DNA of 46,364 bases from a virus (taxonomy: Duplodnaviria; Caudoviricetes): positions 1-46,364 of the IMG/VR virus record IMGVR_UViG_3300020045_005878. One strand, written 5' to 3'. Positions 43,334 through 46,364 of the stretch are shown piece by piece (position 1 is the stretch's first letter; every line of letters begins with the position of its first letter). The position numbers were made by a program, and so were the translations under genes. A model generated the notes under the pieces. It made no database searches. It saw only the letters and a program-made list of their open reading frames with translations, and was not told the DNA's origin.

Positions 43334-44365
43334 ATGGCTACATATAATATAGAATCTTTCTATAGAACTACTCTACAATGAACAATACTTGCATCTGATA
43401 CAGTTGCATCTATTACGGCGAATTGAGGATTAAAGGTATTTAATGTGCCAACTGGAACATATTCGGTTGGTAATCCTTGATTTGTTACGGTATCTCCTAA
43501 CACAGATAATGAAGAAATATTTGAATTTACAGCGGTAAACTCAACAACAAAGGTTCTTACTATATCTAAGAGAGGTATAAATAAAGCATCTACCTCATTA
43601 ACAACTGATGGTTCATATACCGCAACTTGAGATTACAACAACACAATATATACTCGTTCTCATACAATTAATGATGCGGTTCGCTCTGATATAAACCATA
43701 TCCATATAAACCAGAACTTTTCTGCTATTGAGTTGAAATCTACTGCGAATGGAAAAGGTGCAAGTCAAGTATGAATAGAAGATGCGGGTGGTTATTTTAC
43801 TTCTACTAATATGGAAGGTGCGCTTCAAGAAGCATTGAGTGTGCTTGCTCCAAATGTTAAAGCTACTGCAAGTGTTTATTGAGTTAGTAAAATGAGTGTT
43901 GCTCCTGTGAGTGCGTCAGACCCTATTGCGGTTAGTGATAATGATACTAGAGTTAATCTAAAATATTGTATCGCATATAATAGTGCAACACAATCAATTA
44001 CAGATAATACTTGAGTAACATATAATATTAATACTTATGAGACAAATGATAGTAGTATGAGTGCTACTACTTGAAGAATTATTATACCAACAACTTGACA
44101 ATATATAATTTCTTGATGTATTCAATTTGCATCTAATGCTACTTGAATAAGAGAGGCTATTGTTACAAAGAATTGAATAGCTACAACTCTTTCTGATATA
44201 ACACGCTCTGCTTTTGCTGGTTGACCAAATTCAATAAATTTCTCATTTATAGTTTCACTAGATAGTAGTGATTATATTCTATTGAGATGTTTTCAAAATT
44301 CTACCTGAGCATTAAATATAACATCTTGAGCTTCTAACTCATATCTAAGTGTAGCTAAATTATAA
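43334..44365 (+). CDS. Tail fibre/spike with C-terminal C1q/TNF-like domain (343 aa)
   Basis: STNMEGALQE, ATASVYGVSK, TGRIIIPTTGQYIISG...VSLDSSDYI motifs. Confidence 0.7.
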
Positions 44366-44379
44366 CATAAATAAATTAT

Positions 44380-46323
44380 ATGGCAATAGACTTTAAAACT
44401 TGAATAGAGCAAGTTAATCAAAACGGAACAAATGTTGTAAAACAAGAACCATATGTTGATGCTACTCCTACAATAAAGATTAATACGGATGTAATGAAGG
44501 AGTACAATCCATCATATAATCCTACTGAGGCAAGTGGTGTCAGTGGGATTTTAGGTACTACTCCATCTACAACACAAACAACTACAACATCTGATACAAC
44601 AACTCAACAATCAACCGCTCCAGTTAGTAATGTGAGTGCTACTCTTGATAATGTAACAACTGCTCAACAAACTGCACAAAAAACCGCAGATGAGCAACTT
44701 GCTTTGGCTCAAAAAACTAGTGAAGAAAATAAGTCTCTTGCGTTACAACAAGAACAAGATAGAATAGCTCGTGAAACAGAATATGCAAAGCAGAAAGCAG
44801 AAAATGAGAAAGCTAATCTTGCTCAACAACAAGCATATGAAACAGAATATCAAAATCAATTAGCACAACGAGCACAACAACAAACAGATACAATAAAACC
44901 TCTACTTGATTCAGAGGCTAGTGCAGATAAAGCGGCGGCAGTTGAGATGAAGTTGAAGCAAGATAACGCAGAGAAGCAAGCACAAATATCTATGGATGTG
45001 GAGAAGCAACGCGCGGCTTTGAATATTAATCGTATGGGTCTTGCATTCTCTACTTCTGGAATAAATACGATTCTTTCTATTCACGACCAATGAACGACAA
45101 AACTTGCTGAACTTTCTTCTACTAATGCAACATCTCAAGCTAATCTTGCAGTTGCTATTGAGAAGAATAAAGTAGACCACGCGAATACTATGAATAAGAT
45201 TATTAATGATAGCGTTGATGGAATACTTGCTAGTAAAAAGAAAGTAAGTGAACTTATTACAACTACTAATAATAATATACTTCTTACTGAAAAGCAGAAG
45301 AACGACAACATCGACAAAGCAGTTAGTGACTATAGGAAAGAGAAACAAGCACAAGAAGATTCTATGTATCAAAAAGTACAAGAAGCATCTAATGCCACAA
45401 TTACTCGTGCTAATGCTATTGCTACTACCGTTCAGAAACAACAAGATAACTCAAGAAATGATTTGAGCGTTATGCTTCAAACTTGAGTATTATCCAAGAT
45501 GAGTCCTGCACAAATACTTCAACTTGAACAGAAGAGTTGATTACCTGTGGGGACTGCTAATTATATGATGAAGGATAGTGTTGTTAAGTCTATTGCGGCA
45601 AACCTAAGTTCTCTTATTTGATTTGGTATTGCACAAATTCCATCTGATACTCTTGGTCTTATGACCTCAGAGATTATGAATATGACGAAGATGGGTATCC
45701 CAACTTCTCAAGCAACAACCCAAGTTATGGATAAGTATCTTAAAAACAATCCAGACTATCAAGAAGCAGTAAAGAATATGAGCGCAGGTAGTAAACAAGC
45801 TACGGCTATTGCTAATGCTCAATACAAACAAGCTCAAACTGCACTTGCAGAGGCTAAAACTACAACAGAAGAAGAAAAGGCTCTAACACAAGTACAAACT
45901 ACCGCATTAACTAAAGCTAAGGCAGAAAATCAGTCGGCTATTATGCAAGCTCAAATAGCTAAATATAAGAAGGCTTGAACATCTAAATGAAGTGGAAGTA
46001 GCTGAGTATATCCTTGAATAGTTATGTGAGCAGATTGACTTCCATATAAACAAAGTGCTAAATGAACACTTACATCTGTAACAGGTGCAGCGTTTATTTG
46101 AGAAAGAAATTCACCATCTTGAACAATATATCTAAGAGCAGATGGAAGTGAGGTAAACAAAGCCTGACAGGTAGTAAAAGCTCCAATTAAAACATCAGAT
46201 GCTAGTATAAGTTGAGATACAAAAACTACTATTACTTGAACTAAAGATGGTTGGCAGACTTGAATATCAAATGCTCCTTATATACCAAAATGAAGTGCAG
46301 AGGGTGATATATTATGAATGTAA
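44380..46323 (+). CDS. Gln/Ala/Thr-rich coiled-coil protein, probable DNA ejection/pilot protein (647 aa)
   Basis: Joins track ORFs 44494-45093, 45190-45486 and 45661-45978; RMGLAFSTSG motif; TAA at 46321. Confidence 0.7.
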
Positions 46324-46364
46324 TAATAACTAATAAATAACTTATGGCTCAAGTAAGCTCAATG
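46244..46364 (+). repeat. 121-bp terminal overlap (copy 2)
   Basis: Identical to 1-121. Confidence 0.95.

Larger units (their letters stand above)
1..46364. mobile_element. Complete (circular) podovirus-like Caudoviricetes phage genome using genetic code 25; probable Absconditabacteria/Gracilibacteria host
   Basis: TerL, portal, scaffold, capsid, adaptor/nozzle and DnaB all recovered when TGA=Gly; identical 121-bp ends; no bacterial housekeeping genes. Confidence 0.93.

Noticed and set aside
35733-44365. Diversity-generating retroelement targeting tail fibres
   Set aside because: No reverse transcriptase and no template/variable repeat pair was seen.
1-46364. Heavily pseudogenised or degraded prophage, as the short standard-code ORFs suggest
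   Set aside because: The interruptions are in-frame TGA at Gly positions; the frames I translated continue without frameshifts to TAA/TAG.
1-46364. Genetic code 4 (TGA=Trp)
   Set aside because: Would put Trp in Walker A, GNHD-adjacent and poly-Gly motifs; Trp is encoded by TGG and the UCA tRNA has Gly identity elements.
46244-46364. Biological direct terminal repeat
   Set aside because: It spans a gene end and the next gene start inside the late operon and is best explained as assembler overlap on a circular contig.

Overview
The window is an apparently complete, circularly assembled tailed-phage genome of about 46,243 bp (positions 1-121 are repeated exactly at 46244-46364). It uses genetic code 25 (TGA = glycine; only TAA/TAG stop), so the supplied standard-code ORF track is fragmented. 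Re-translated by hand with TGA=Gly, the genome becomes densely coding and conserved Gly motifs are restored (terminase Walker A YG[TGA]NGSGKT, phosphoesterase GIGGNHD, PNKP C-terminal QVAYGDF, poly-Gly runs). Code 25 points to an Absconditabacteria (SR1) or Gracilibacteria (BD1-5) CPR host (inference). There are two arms. The minus-strand early/middle arm (4803-27279) carries four tRNAs including a tRNA-Gly(UCA), an RNA-repair set (RNA ligase, PNKP, nucleotidyltransferase), replication/recombination genes (initiator with iterons, DnaB, SSB-like, PD-(D/E)XK nuclease, RusA, HNH), an amidoligase plus class II glutamine amidotransferase, TelA-like and glucosaminidase-like genes, and many small ORFs. 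The plus-strand late arm (28753-end, continuing 101-4651) carries TerL, portal, scaffold, decoration, major capsid, a displaced TerS-like gene, fibres, holin, a papain-like peptidase, a stand-alone NrdD glycyl-radical peptide, adaptor, nozzle and probable ejection proteins (podovirus-like). No integrase, DNA polymerase or CRISPR array was seen. The most notable signals are the recoding with a phage UGA-reading tRNA, a promoter family with a 15-bp -35/-10 spacer, uneven TGA usage, candidate structured RNAs in the tRNA cluster, and apparent GATC avoidance. All product calls come from motif recognition only; no searches were run.
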